Part shown: positions 1-11,880 of the stretch, one piece after another | How the letters are laid out: each line of letters begins with the position of its first letter | Numbering within the stretch: the first letter of the stretch is position 1 | Source of the DNA: Paraspadella gotoi | Taxonomy: Eukaryota; Animalia; Chaetognatha | DNA length: 49,939 nt | Direction of reading: 5' to 3' | NCBI GenBank assembly: GCA_051294375.1 | Contig: CM119267.1 | Span: 1,714,785 to 1,764,723, forward strand | The notes under the pieces: model-generated | The model's database searches: none | What the model was told of the DNA's origin: nothing | The model's input: only the letters and a program-made list of their open reading frames with translations | Position numbers and translations under genes: made by a program

Positions 1-295
1 AGGGGGTCCGCAAGGTTTGCCCCCTAACAGTGGTGCATCGGCCGGGAATGGCGGCAGACCGCACGTAGAACGCCGGGATCACGGCTGTCGTTGATGAGAA
101 AATCTAACAGGACGATCGGCGAACAATGAAAAAAACGAAGATGAATAAGAGTATTCAATTTGTGATGCCCAATCGCCTGTTTTTCCATTATTTTTGCGAC
201 AAATTCGTAAGTTTGATGAGGTGGGAATAGTTCGACCATGATCTTAGCGATTTTATATAAACGGTCTTTTTCTATTTTAGTTTGTCTTGGTAGCT
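1..295 (-). pseudogene. Possible retroelement fragment: integrase C-terminus-like stretch followed by a hydrophobic signal-peptide-like segment
   Basis: Minus strand reads ..LYKIAKIMVELFPPHQTYEFVAK..GHHKL, loosely like the region after GPY/F. Another frame reads ILLFIFVFFIVRRSS. It lies just past an LTR copy, across an N gap. Confidence 0.2.
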
Positions 296-416
296 NNNNN
301 NNNNNNNNNNNNNNNNNNNNNNNNNNNNNNNNNNNNNNNNNNNNNNNNNNNNNNNNNNNNNNNNNNNNNNNNNNNNNNNNNNNNNNNNNNNNNNNTATCT
401 TTTGGGCGAGCGCCTG

Positions 417-733
417 AGTTACGTTCACGAGATTCCACAAGAGTTTGTTCCTGACACAGATAGAGACGAACAATGAGAGAGAGACGAACAGAGACAGAGA
501 GACGAACAGAGAGAGAGAGAGGAACAGAGAGAGAGAGACGAACAGAGAGAGACGAGCAGAGACAGAGAGACGAACAGAGAGAGAGAGACGAACGGACGCC
601 GAGAGAATTTTATTTTTAAACTATTTAAACAGTTATGTATATATTTTATGAACTCCGTCGTTTTGAACTTCCGGTTTTTGTTTGTATATGTAAAACCAGT
701 CAATATTTATTGAAATAGAGAAAGAAAGGAAAG
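417..733 (-). repeat. Partial LTR copy (same family as 4234-4870), cut by a 25-N gap
   Basis: Starts AGTTAC at 417 and aligns by eye with 4234-4690 (gattccacaagagtttgttc..., gagacgaaca repeats, cagtcaat..ttattgaaatagag). Confidence 0.7.
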
Positions 734-1014
734 NNNNNNNNNNNNNNNNNNNNNNNNNCTCATAAAAACTTGTCTGTCTCCACGCAAAAAACACCGCTCC
801 ACACCACACGACAAGGGCCACACCTGCCTCTGACTCCGCGCCCACGCCGACTAACACCACCTAAAACAATTATTTTATCTTTCAATAATAACAACTCTTT
901 ATTTAAAAAATAAATAAGGTTTTCAATAAAAATATAAAGTCTACATCAAAAAATTATATTTCAAATCAAATCAAAGTAATTGATTTAATTTATTTATTAA
1001 AAAAAATCCTTTAA

Positions 1015-1105
1015 ATTAGATTACATATAGGATTACCCCGGATCAAATAAAACCCAAAAAGTAACTCGATCCACGTGGACATAACTGCTGGGAGGTTCCT
1101 TTCCG
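1015..1105 (-). pseudogene. Retropepsin (aspartic protease) N-terminal motif
   Basis: Reads GKEPPSSYVHVDRVTFWVLFDPG*SYM, matching the V-x-V...VLFD[TS]G pattern with one substitution or read error. Confidence 0.4.
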
Positions 1106-1389
1106 GGTCAAGTTTTTTCAGGTTTATCAGTTCCACCAATGTTTTAGCACACATATAAAAGAAACCTTACATACGAATTGAGTCGTGACCTTTCATCTGG
1201 TGTCTTCTTGTAATTGAAATATTTGAGTTAACTCTAATAAGCAGGATCGAAATTACTGTTCTATATATTAGATGTTATAATATCATTATCATTATTTATT
1301 TGTCATTATTAACATCAAAATCGTCATTGAAAAAAATTTATCTAAATTAAATTCTCGAAAAAATATGAGTCAAAACTATAATTCCAGTC

Positions 1390-2960
1390 TCACCTTGAAC
1401 TCAACTTATCCCAGAGTTTGAGAGCCCGACTTATTGCTGGGTGATCCAACCCAGATCGGAAGGAAACCTTGCAAGCAATAAAGTGCCTCAACGCGAGCTA
1501 AGGTATCCTTCTCGTATGAAAAAAGTCAGGGTGACCAGATCTGGCGTTATTGCGATGACGGAACGTCGTTCTCCAGTTTTCTCCTTCTTTCTTTAATTTT
1601 GCCTTTTGGCAACGTAGTTCGCTTTCCCATTTCTCGTTTCACACTTTCCTTCCGTATTCCGCGGTCGGCAACTCTGTTTTTTCGAACAAAGATAGGAAGC
1701 ACTTTATTCTAATAGCAGCGCCCGCAAGTCACAATTCCTCCTCGTCGGCCACTGCAGTCGCCGTCGACGTATTCTTTATAGACTTTGTGCCGCGCTAAGA
1801 AGCGAACGATCTTTGGTTGTGCCTGATCTTCTTCGATACCCGGACCAAAAACTTGCGTCGTTCTCTTTACGAGTTGACACGAATTGAGCGCGCGCAAGTT
1901 CCCAACCTTTTTCCAGTTATATTTTATGAGTCGCATCGCACGCCGTTCTAGAATCGTGAGAAGTAGCGTATGACATCATGCGAGGTGTTAAGAAGAAGCG
2001 GATTTCTGAAAATCCCGCTCAATGCGTCTCTCGTATGAATCCGCGTTTAATCCATTGAAATAGTTTTCATTTTGAACGCAAAATGTAGCGCTGAAGAAAA
2101 ATCGTAGTGAAAAAACGCGGTATCACCAGCTTTCGTAGAGGAGTATTTATTCTCTCTTGTCCAAATCCATATTTGACGAAAGCCGGAATTAAAGAGCCCT
2201 GAGGTATCCTTCAGCGAGACTTTGGGCAAAAGCCAAAGAGTTTAGTAACCTCAATATATTTTGATGTTACGCACGGAACTAGGAATCAACTTTAAGCAGT
2301 TTACCGAATCTTTCAAGATTCGTCTTTGACCGTCTTTTTCCGACGGGAAGATCATCTTCGGATGAGTGGAAAACTTTCCTTTAGCGGAAGGGCGGGAACC
2401 ACCCTGTGAAAACACTTGCTGCCTCTTTGAAGAAGAGCACTGATAGGCTGAACCGACTTCTTTTGCCATATTTGGCGCAGAGCTGAATCGTTCGAGAGAT
2501 ATCGCCTTCTTGTCAAGGCTCGGTAATAAGTATATGCGGAACTTTGATGGCGATCGAGTTGATAAAATACTTCGCCCCGACCTTCTCGTTCTACTTTTGT
2601 GATCACGAACGTTAGGTAAACCTTGTCCCTTGTTCGCGGGAAAAGAACCCTTCCAAATTGAAAAAACTTTTTCGACTAGATTTTCTGCGAAAATTGTCGT
2701 TATTCCTTGATTAGCGGGACAAAATCGGCAGTCGGTCGGATTACGCTCAGTGGCAAGATTGGGACGTGATGCGGAAGTTTATCGAGATCAACTTTGGGAT
2801 GAGCTCGGCCATCCTAATATCGGACTCGCGGATAATGAAATCACTTGGTACGTCGGAGGAGGGATGTTAAGTGGTTCGCTTAACTGGCTCGGACCGAAAC
2901 CACAATCACCGGAATCGGGTGGTGACAGGTTATCCCCTGACGGCGAGTGTTTCTGTCGTT
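1390..2960 (-). pseudogene. Frameshifted gag-like ORF
   Basis: Lies between the leader and the protease motif. Fragments KKFFQF..DKVYLTFVITKVE, RYLSNDSALRQIWQ and SLAEGYLRAL are loosely capsid-like, but there is no clean motif. Confidence 0.3.
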
Positions 2961-4233
2961 GATGGACTAAAGCAGAGAGTATATAACTTTTTGGAGCGGA
3001 GAGATTTACCTTTCCTTTTCCCTATTTAGCTTTAGTTTTAAGAGACCGAGAAAAGTGTATGCTGTATATAGAATATTAAATCTGTCAAACTGAAAACGGT
3101 ATAATAGGAACTGAAATTTAGGCATTTGATTGATACCTAAAAACCGCATCATAATCAACGCTGAACGGTAGACAGTGTTTGTAAATTGAACTATTAGTAA
3201 ACCCGAAGGTACCAGCTAAGAAACCAATTGCTACATTGCCCAAAAAACAGAAAAAAAAATAAGGAATACATGAAATCTAACTTCTATTTTTCTTTTTGGA
3301 ATTGTACAAACTTCAGGCGTCCGCATCCCAGCACACCCACAATTTCAACATAAAAATTCCAAAATTAAGTTTACATCTTAAGCGGGTGATATATAAATAG
3401 CTGAATAACCAACGATCGCTGTTTGAACTTGTGTTAAGGTTCACCATCTTGCTAATTAAAACAAAAACATTAAGACTGGTTAAATATTGAAAGGAATATC
3501 TATACTATTTTATACGAATGGTGGTCCCCAAATTTATAGCTGATGGACTGACCGATTATAACAATTAGAATATAACTCATGTCAATCTTTTACACTACCA
3601 TTGTAGCTAATAAATTTAACTTATCGCGGAGTTTCAAACTAATAATCAAGTCACAATGCACCAATGACCATGACTATTGAGACGCATGGATCAAACAGGT
3701 TAATTATTTTTAGGATTAATACTAGTTAACAGCGGATCTCTTACCGAAGTCTGAGCCGTTTCTGCTGATTACTTTCCACTGTTAACATTGTATAGTTTTT
3801 AGGATTTCTGAATTATCTGAATTCTTCTGAAATGTTTGTTTTTATATTAATCTTCACTACGCGTTAACATTAAGTTCATTGGTAGTATAACTTTTGGATT
3901 TACTTATATTTGACGAAATTGTTTAACGATGAGGTGCAGGGATGGCACCTTAGATGTGGATGCCGAAGGTTGAATCGCGGAGTTTGAAATGAGTGTGGGG
4001 GTAAGGGATACCAGCTCCTTGCAAATCCGTTTCCGGTTAAACATCAATGTGTATAATCCCCATCGGACATAGTCGATTTCTTTGGCTAATAACCTGACTG
4101 AGTCGTATTAATACTAAGTTGTGTCCTTGAGTCCGTGAAGTAATAATTAGTTTCTGAATACGGAAATGGATTCTTTTTGTAAACCACTTCGCATACTACG
4201 TTTGTTTTTGTTTCTTGTTGGGCGAGGCCGCTG

Positions 4234-4870
4234 AGTTACCGTTCACAGATTCCACAAGAGTTTGTTCCCTGACACAGATAGAGAGAACAAATGAAGGAGG
4301 GAGGGCGAACAGATGACAGAGAGACGAACACCAGGACCCGACGGAGAGAGATTGATGCGAGTACAGAATCTTCCAGGAACAGACGCAGAGCGATGGAGAG
4401 AGAGACCGAAACATAGAATACAGTAGAGGCGAGACGAGCAGAGAGACAGAGACACGAACATCGAATTTTGGATGATAGAGGAGAACCGGAACGGACGCCG
4501 TTATGAGGGAGAATTCTTGTTATTTTTTTTTAAACTATTTTACAACACGTTAGCTACATATATTTTATATTTGTCCTACTCCGTCCGTTTTTGAATACAA
4601 CACCTCCGGGTTTTTTTGTTTATGTTGTGGTATAATAAATTGTTAAAACCCAGTCAATTATTATTGAAATAGAGATAGAAAAGAAAGTTATGCGAAAAGA
4701 GAGAGAGAGATACGTACGATCTGGAGAAAGAGAGGAAGGGCGGAGAAGAGAGAAGATGAGAGGCGAGATGTTAGGAGCGATGACGCCCAGCGCGACTCTG
4801 AGATGACACGAGATAGAGAGAGCGAGAGAAGACGTCAGAGGCCGCGGACCTCTGGCTTTATGGGGTCACT
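4234..4870 (-). repeat. 5' LTR (~637 bp) with AGT...ACT termini
   Basis: Minus strand begins AGTGACCC (4870) and ends CGGTAACT (4234), an imperfect terminal inverted repeat. CGCG flanks it at 4871-4874, and a GC-rich PBS-like motif (..ggcctcgcccaac) follows it. Confidence 0.65.
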
Positions 4871-5958
4871 CGCGTGCCAAAACCGAGATATCCATCTCCA
4901 CACTGCTCTCTCTTTCTCTCAGCCTCTCTCTCTCTCTCCTTCTGCTCCTCTCTTACTCTTCCTCTCTCTCTCTCTCTCTCTTCTCTCTTGCCTCCGTATT
5001 GCCGCTCAACAATCTTCCCGAAGTTACACAAACACATAATTACAATCGTTTCTCCTCTCTCTCTCATCTCTCTCTCTCTCTCTCTCTCCTTTCCTCCTCT
5101 CTCTCTCCTCGTCTCTCTTCTTCTCTCTTCTCCTCTCCCTCTCCCATTTGCCCCAAAAGTATCTCGCTCTCTCGCCTCTCTCGCCGCTATCTCCCGCTTA
5201 CGACGAAAATTATTCCTGCGTTCGTCAACTGTCGCGTTGCCGCATCTTACCTCCCTGCATGCGATCCCCCACGCCCCCTGGCCTCCCCCTCTCTTATTCC
5301 GCTTCTCGTTCATTTCCGTCCTTTGCTTTTTCGACCCTCAAACAGTTTCCTTGCTTTTGATGCCAGGAATGCCTTGTTTCTGACAGCCTTGTCATGTCAA
5401 AATCCACTATACTTATTATCATGTCTCCAGTTGCCATTTTGAAATTGTTTGATTATATTAATCGTAATTTCATTTTCCACGTCTTAATTGGCAACGGATA
5501 AATAACAACTCGGTATTGTTTAATTTATATATGCTGGTTATTTCTTCTTGTTTTTTTCCGAGTTTCAGGTTTCAGTTTTCCGCAATCAGGAATACTTGAC
5601 CTTATTTTCCTGCCCGTCGTTTACCTGACCCTCCTCTCTGATTGCTCAATGAAAAAATAGAGAGGCAAGCTGCTTGATCAATCAGATTACTCTTTGAAGC
5701 CGCCGCTTTAGTTCTTCTCATTCAATGAGTCTCTTATTGTTACTTCTTACGCGATTTCATTTTCTGCCCACAGCCCTGCCCTTGCCTTAGCCCCTCCAAC
5801 TGCCCTCCCCCTTGCCCTTGCCTTAGCCCTTGCCATAGCCCCTCCCTCAGCCATTGCCCATGATGGAGAACCCTCACAGTTGTAGAAGGCAAAAAATGAA
5901 GCTTTAACCCATTTTCTAAGTGCTATTTCTCCTTCCTCTCTCCCTCTCTCCTCTCTCT

Positions 5959-5996
<38 letters not shown>

Positions 5997-6419
5997 TCTC
6001 TCTGCTCTTCTCTCTCCTCTCTCACCTTCGGCCCCTGGTGCTCCGACCCCCAATTCTTTTACGACAGCCCTCGTGGGTCACGGCCCCGAAATGGCCCACC
6101 CTTTCCCCTTTTTTTCTTTTTTCTTTTTTGCTTCTTTTTTTTTATTTTTACGATTTTCCAAAATGGAAAAACTTTCTCCATTTCCTCCGATTTTCTCGCA
6201 GTTAAATTCAGTTTGTGTCTTCGACTCCTCGGGGTGTGGAAGGGGTGGATGAGACGGTGGTGTGGAAGGGTGGACAGGATTGGGGAATGGGTCAGGGGAA
6301 CTTCGAAGGGGATCGAGGATTTGGGCAATTGGGTCGGGAAGTTCACAGAGAATCGGGTCAGAAGTGCGAACCTCCCCCCCTGTCGGAGTGAGATGGGCGC
6401 CGTGAAGTTTTTATTGAGA

Positions 6420-6520
6420 GAAAGAGGCGGCGGCGGCGGCGGAGGCGGCGGCGGCGGCAGCGGCGAAAGCGAGATCGGCGGCGCCACTTCCGGTTTTTAT
6501 TGAGGCCACGCCCACTTTTG
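6420..6520 (-). promoter_or_regulatory. Housekeeping-type promoter: ETS site plus KLF/SP box and GCC repeat
   Basis: ACTTCCGG (= CCGGAAGT) at ~6486-6493, GCCACGCCC at ~6506-6514, (GGC)n at 6426-6460. Confidence 0.45.
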
Positions 6521-7091
6521 GTCATAAACAAGGGAAGTTCCATTCTTTCCTTTACGCATCTATTTTTTTTCTTTTTTATGTTTATTTCTTTTTCTTCTTT
6601 TTTTTTTAAATTCATCGACGTCACTTTTTTGTTTGTTTGTTTACAATTTAAACTCTTCTTTCTTTCGATCAAGTTTAAATGAAATATTCTGAAAGGGGAG
6701 TTTGATTCATTCAGATTCATTGATACATTCATTCATACCTTTTCTCTTTTTACTAGAATTGTAATACAATAATAATGGTTTTATAGCCTTGAGCTATTAA
6801 AAGTAAAGCTACTATTAACAAATGATAACATTCTTTATTTTAAATGCTTAAAAAATTATGAAAAAAAAATCGAGAGAGAGAGACGTTTCTCTCGATCACC
6901 AATCGCCAACATCTTGTCGTCGTTGTTGTTGTTTTCTTCGTCCTCCTCCTCTTCCTCGTCCTCCTCGTCCTCAACCTCCTCCTCCTCCTCGTCCTCAACC
7001 TCCTCGTCCTCCTCCTTCTCGTCCTCCTCCTCCTCGTCCTCTTCCTCCTCGTCCTCCTCCTCCTCTTGGAACCAAAGTGATGTTCGCAGAT

Positions 7092-7129
7092 CTAAACCTT
7101 CGCCTCTGGTCTTAAATTCCACATTAAAT
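7092..7129 (-). CDS. Terminal coding exon of an unidentified host gene (..DLMWNLRPEAKV*)
   Basis: ctcAG acceptor at 7130-7131 and TAG at 7092-7094. It joins in phase 1 to the upstream exon, giving YDVDALMD-DLMWNLRPEAKV*. Confidence 0.65.
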
Positions 7130-7191
7130 CTGAGGTTGGGGCAAAAAAAGGAAAAAAGGAAATAAAAAGGAAATAAAAAATGGAACAAAAA

Positions 7192-7222
<31 letters not shown>

Positions 7223-7234
7223 CCAAATCCTTAC

Positions 7235-7262
7235 CGTCCATCAAAGCGTCAACGTCGTATAC
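7235..7262 (-). CDS. Micro-exon of host gene (YDVDALMD)
   Basis: G|GTAAGG donor at 7233-7234. It is a unique-sequence island in purine-rich repeats; the acceptor is obscured by a probable read error. Confidence 0.55.
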
Positions 7263-7269
7263 GTGGGGA

Positions 7270-8340
7270 GAGGAAGAAAAGGGGAGGAGAGGGGAGGAAG
7301 GAAAAGAGAGGGAGGAAAGAGGAGGAAATAAAGAAGAAGAAGTGGGAGGATAGAGGAGGCGAGAAAGGAGAAAGAGGGAGGGAAAAGAGGAGGAAGAATA
7401 AGAAGAAAGAGAGGGAGGAAAGAGGAGGAGATGAAGAAGAAGAGATGGGAGGAAAGAGGAGAGATGAAGAAGAAGAGAGGGAGGAAGAAAGAGGAGGAAA
7501 TGAAGCAAGAAGAGAGGAAGAGAGGAGCGGGAGGAAAGAAGTGTGGGAGGAAAGAGGAGGAAGGTGAGAAAAGAGAGGAGGAAAGAGGAGGAAGAGGAGA
7601 ATGCAAGAGAGGGAGGAGGAAGAGAGGAGGAGGGTAAAGAAGAAGAGAGGGAGAGAGAGGAAGAATGAAGAAAATGAGAGGAGAGGAAGAAGAGAGAGGA
7701 TGAAGAAAAAGAAGAGGGAGGAAAGAGGAGGAGATTAAGAAGAAGAGATGGAGGAAAGAGGAGGAGATGAAGAAGAAGAGAGGGAGGAAATAAGAGGAGG
7801 TAAAGAAGAAGAGAGGGGAGGAAAGAGGAGGAGGGGAAGAAGAAGAGTGGGAGGAAGAGGAGGAGATGAAGAGAAGAGAGAGGGGAGGAAAGAGGGGAAA
7901 GAAGAAGAAGAGAGGGAGGAAAGAGGAGGAGATGAAGAAGAAGAGTGGGAGGAAAGGAGGAGATGAAGGAAGAAGAGAGGGAGGAAAGAGGAGGGAAATG
8001 AAGAAGAAGAGTGGGAGGAAAGAGGAGGGAGGGAAGAATGAAGTGGGATGGAAAGAGGAGGAGATGAAGAAGAAGAGAGGGAGGAAAGGAGGAGGAGGTA
8101 AAGAATGAAGAGAGGGAGGAAAGAGGAGGAGATGAAGAAGAAGAGAGGAGGAAAGAGGAGGAGATGAAGAAGAAGAGAGGGAGGAAAGAGGATGAGATGA
8201 AGAGAAAGAGAGGGGAGGAAGAGGAGGAGATGAAGAAGAAGAGAGGGAGGAAAGAGGAGGAGGTAAAGAAGAAGAGAAGGGAGGAAAGAGGAAGGGGAGG
8301 GAAGAAGAAGAGTGGGGAGGAAAGAGGAGGGGAAGGAAAG
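7270..8340. repeat. Purine-only minisatellite (~30-bp unit gaggaggagatgaagaagaagagagggaggaaa)
   Basis: Tandem degenerate units are directly visible. Confidence 0.85.
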
Positions 8341-8404
8341 GAAGGAGAAGAGGAAACGGATAAACGGGGGAAGTGGAAAAAAAAAAAGAAAATGGGCGGA
8401 TTAC

Positions 8405-8496
8405 CTTTTGTTTTCTTGACCTCTGTTGTTTTCCAGGGTCATTGACCCCATTATTTTCTTTCTTCTCTCCCCATTCAGGTTTTCATCGGGTTGTTT
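8405..8496 (-). CDS. Host gene exon (consensus KQPDENLNGDEKKEKYWSNDPWKKQEVRKQK)
   Basis: AG acceptor at 8497-8498 and GTAAT donor at 8403-8404. The open frame is restored using the copies at ~12787-12876 and ~19930-20022. Confidence 0.55.
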
Positions 8497-8509
8497 CTTT
8501 TTGGGGAGG

Positions 8510-9225
8510 GGCGGGGGAAGGGAAGTGGGTGAGGGCCAGAGGGGAAGAGAAAGGGGAAAGGGAAGTGGGGTGAGGGGCCAGAGGGGAAGAGAAGGGGGAA
8601 GGGAAGTAGGGTGGGGGCCAAAGGGGAAGAGAAAGGGGGAAGGGAAGAGGGTGAGGGGCCAGAGGGGAAGAGAAAGGGGGAGGGAAGAGGGGTGAGGGCC
8701 AGAGGGGAAGAGAAAAAGGGGAGAAGGGAGTGGGTGAGGGGCCAGAGGGGAAGAGAAAGGGGGAAAGGGAATGTGGGTGAGGGCCAGAGGGGAAGAGAAA
8801 GGGGGAAGGGAAGAGGGGTGAGGGGCCAGAGGGGAAGAGAAAGGGGAAGGGAAGGGGGTGAGCGGGCCAGAGGGGCAAGAGAAAGGGGGAAAGGGAAGTG
8901 GGGTGAGGGCCCAGGAGGGGAAGAGAAAGGGGGGAAGGGAAGAGGGGTGAGGGGCCAGAGGGGAAGAGAAAGGGGGGAAGGGAAAGTGGGGTGAGGGGCC
9001 AGAGGGGAAGAGACAAGGGGGGAAGGGAAGTGGGGTGAGGGGCCAGAGGGGAAGAGAAAGGGGGGAAGGGAAGTGGGGTGAGGGCCAGAGGGGAAGAGAA
9101 AGGGGGAAGGGGAGTGGGGTGAGGGGCCAGAGGGGAAAGAGAAAAGGGGGAAGGGAAGTGGGGTGAGGGGCGCAGAGGGGAAGAGAAAGGGGGGAAGGGA
9201 AGTGGGGTGAGGGCCAGGGGAAGGA
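8510..9225. repeat. G-rich minisatellite (~40-bp unit gggaagggaagtggggtgaggggccagaggggaagagaaa)
   Basis: Tandem units with several G-runs each; also present in the other X copies. Confidence 0.9.
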
Positions 9226-9642
9226 AGAGAGTTGAGTGGGAACGATGTATTACGAGGCCGGTAGGAGGCAGGTTTATTTGACGAACAAAAGAGCAGCGAT
9301 GATTAACTTAAATTCAGTTGCAATATGTATGCCAGATTTGTTATATTATTTTCAAAATTATGCAAAGACTTTAACTCTATTAATAATCATCTCTTGTTTA
9401 AAATCTTCGCGTAACTAATTAAGGGCCTTTCCCGTCAGATGGAATTGATGTAGTGTCAACTGTTGTTGTTGTTGTTGTCGTCGTCGTCGTTGTTGATGTC
9501 GTTGTTGTTGTTTTTTGTTGTTGTTGTTGTTGTTGTTTTAGTTGTTGTTGTTGTTCGTCAACGCAAAGAAAATCGACGATAATTGAGAAAAAGAAAAAAA
9601 CCATCATAATTTTTCTTTTTGACGCCGACAGATTTTTTAGAC

Positions 9643-9678
<36 letters not shown>

Positions 9679-9696
9679 TTCTTCTCTCTCTCTTCT

Positions 9697-9768
<72 letters not shown>

Positions 9769-9792
9769 TCTCTCTCTCTCTCTAACCTTCAC

Positions 9793-10007
9793 CTTCAGTT
9801 GAGGTGTTCATTCATAACTGAGTTCTCATAACTTTTTTTATTTTCTTCACCCACTTTCCTCTTACTCTCCTTCCCTTCTTCCTCTTCTCCCTCCTCTTCT
9901 TCCCCTTCTCCCTCCTCTTCCTCTCCTTCTCCCTCTTCTTCCTCCCCTTCTTCCTCTTCTTCCTCCACATCTTCCTCTCGGGCGTCGCTTCTCATTTCCG
10001 TCAAAAA
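9793..10007 (-). CDS. Probable Glu-rich host exon (LTEMRSDAREEDVEEE...SYENSVMNEPSTE)
   Basis: ttttAG acceptor at 10008-10009, GTGAAG donor, and an open frame through the GAA/GAG tract. Confidence 0.4.
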
Positions 10008-10889
10008 CTAAAAAATTCATCGCTTCGTTCATCTCCTCCGATTTTTTGAGAGAAGTCTCGGGAGATAGAGACAAAGAGAGAGATGGAGAGGGTTAGAGTG
10101 AGAGAGAGGAGGTTACAGATAGTGAGGATAAAAGATAGTGAAAGATAGAGATAAGAAAAAAGAAACGTAGACAGGAAGAGAAAGAGTAAAAGAGGAAGAT
10201 TGAGGTTGAGTGAGAAAAAAATCTTTCTCACAATCTCCTTCTTCTCTCTCCCTCCTCTCCCACTCGTGCCCACTCTCCCTCTCTCTCTTCTCCCCTGTCT
10301 CTCTTCTCTTCTCTCCCTCCCTCCCTCTCTCCCTCTCCCTCTTTTCTCCTCAGCCTCGACGGCGTCGGTTTCACCTGAGAAAGCCAAAAAAAAAAAAAAA
10401 AAAAACCTTTTGCAAAATGCAAATGGAAATTCGGTTGTCGTCGTAGTCATCGTCGTCGTCGTCGTCGTCGCCTTGACGGGCGCCGCGATCTCTCGTCACG
10501 TCTCGCGCGCACGACGCAAATCGCACGCCCGAAATCTGCGTGCGCAAAGTTTTGCGTGCGCAAAAGTTCGCACAAACGCAGTATTACTTGAATACGTCTA
10601 AAATTTAAGCTTATCACATATCGACACCCGGTGAATCTGCACTCGGTCAGCATCCGCGAAGAATGACTTAGCATTGGATACTTCCGCAATTCTTTTCTTT
10701 TAATAATTTTTCCCTTAACACCTTAACTCTCTCCCGTTATGTCCTTTCTCTCCTTTCCCCCCTCCCTTACTGTCCCATCTCTGCTTTCCTCCCTCTCTTA
10801 CTGGCTCCCTTTTCCTTTCCTCCCTCTTAACTTCTTGTCAAACTCTAAGAAAACGAAAGGAAAGTTAAAAAAAAAAGAAAAAAGAAAAC

Positions 10890-10968
10890 TGGAGTCTTCG
10901 ATGAAAAACGAGTTACGTCGGACGAAAACTTCGTTCGCTTCATCATTTAAAACGAGGACATGACAACC
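10890..10968 (-). CDS. Probable host exon (GCHVLVINDEANERFSSDVNSFFIERL)
   Basis: tatcAG acceptor and GT donor; frame reconstructed from three copies. Confidence 0.4.
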
Positions 10969-11682
10969 CTGATAAATCGGTTGGGGAGAGAGAGAGAGGG
11001 TGGAGGGGGCGAAAGAGAGGGTGGAGGAGAGAGAGAGGGTGGAGGGAGGAGAGAGGGAGAGGAGTCTAGAGTGACGGGCGAGGCTCCAGCGCCGACTCTC
11101 GTGGGTGAGGCACAGGAGCGGGATTGGAGTGGACCAAAGTCTTACTCCAGAAGTTAAGGAGCGAGAGGGGAATGGAGCGAGAGTGGAATGGAGCGAGAGG
11201 GAAGAGGAGCGAGAGAAGAGATAGAGGAGCGAATTAGGGGGTATGGAGCGACGCTGGAGTGAGAGGGAAGTGGGGCTGGAGTGAGAGAGAAGTGATTAGA
11301 GAGAGTTGAAGTGATGGTTTGAGTCCGATCGGCTCAAGATGTTCGACGTCATCGAGAGAAAAATCACCTGAAGAAAGATTTTTAACTGTTTTTTTGGTTG
11401 TGGTTGTTGTTGTTGTGTTGTTGTTGTTGTTGTTGTTTTTGATGTTGATGATTAAAGTTTTTTCTTCATCATCTGAGTCTTCGTTTTATTAAGCACGGTT
11501 CATTTGCAATATTTATTAATAGGAAGATGATATAATCGTTTGAAAAATAAAAATTTATGGCATCATATGTAGAAAACGGAAACACAAATAATGTAAATGA
11601 TGAAAATTTAAAAAAAAAATTAATTAAGAGAAGAAAAAACTAAAAAAAAAAAACTAATATCAATTCAGAAACTAAATTTTTC

Positions 11683-11880
11683 TTTTTAGTCGCATCTGCT
11701 TATCAGCAGATCCCGACTCTATAATTCACTTTGTCGGTCCGTCAGTCCACCCCCTCAATCTTATCGGGCATTCACTTATATCATGTCAGAACATCGAATT
11801 ATGATAATTTATGCAAAAAAAATTATGTCCGTCCGTCCGTCCATCCGTCCATCCGTCCATCCGTCCCACCTTATTTGGAT
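11683..11880 (+). mobile_element. DINE-1/Helentron-associated (HINE)-like short repeat
   Basis: T-run, then hairpin agtcgcatctgct-tatc-agcagatcccgact (11688-11718), then ctata..ctttgtcggtccgtc and a (GTCC/ATCC)n microsatellite. A diverged copy lies at ~12575-12670. Confidence 0.45.

Larger units (their letters stand above)
759..4870 (-). mobile_element. Partial Ty3/Gypsy LTR retrotransposon with errantivirus-like termini (5' LTR, long leader, gag-like ORF, protease start)
   Basis: LTR 4234-4870. The interior is nearly free of microsatellites, with a frameshifted ~1.5-kb coding-like stretch and a retropepsin-like motif near 1040. It runs into a gap. Confidence 0.55.

Noticed and set aside
470-600. 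CRISPR-like short repeats (gagacgaacaga)
   Set aside because: No unique spacers or cas genes; it is a simple repeat inside an LTR in eukaryotic DNA.
1000-4200. Endogenous virus (densovirus or RNA-virus nucleoprotein) between direct repeats
   Set aside because: No NS1 helicase, capsid or nucleoprotein motif was found. LTR termini, PBS-like flank and protease motif favour a retrotransposon.
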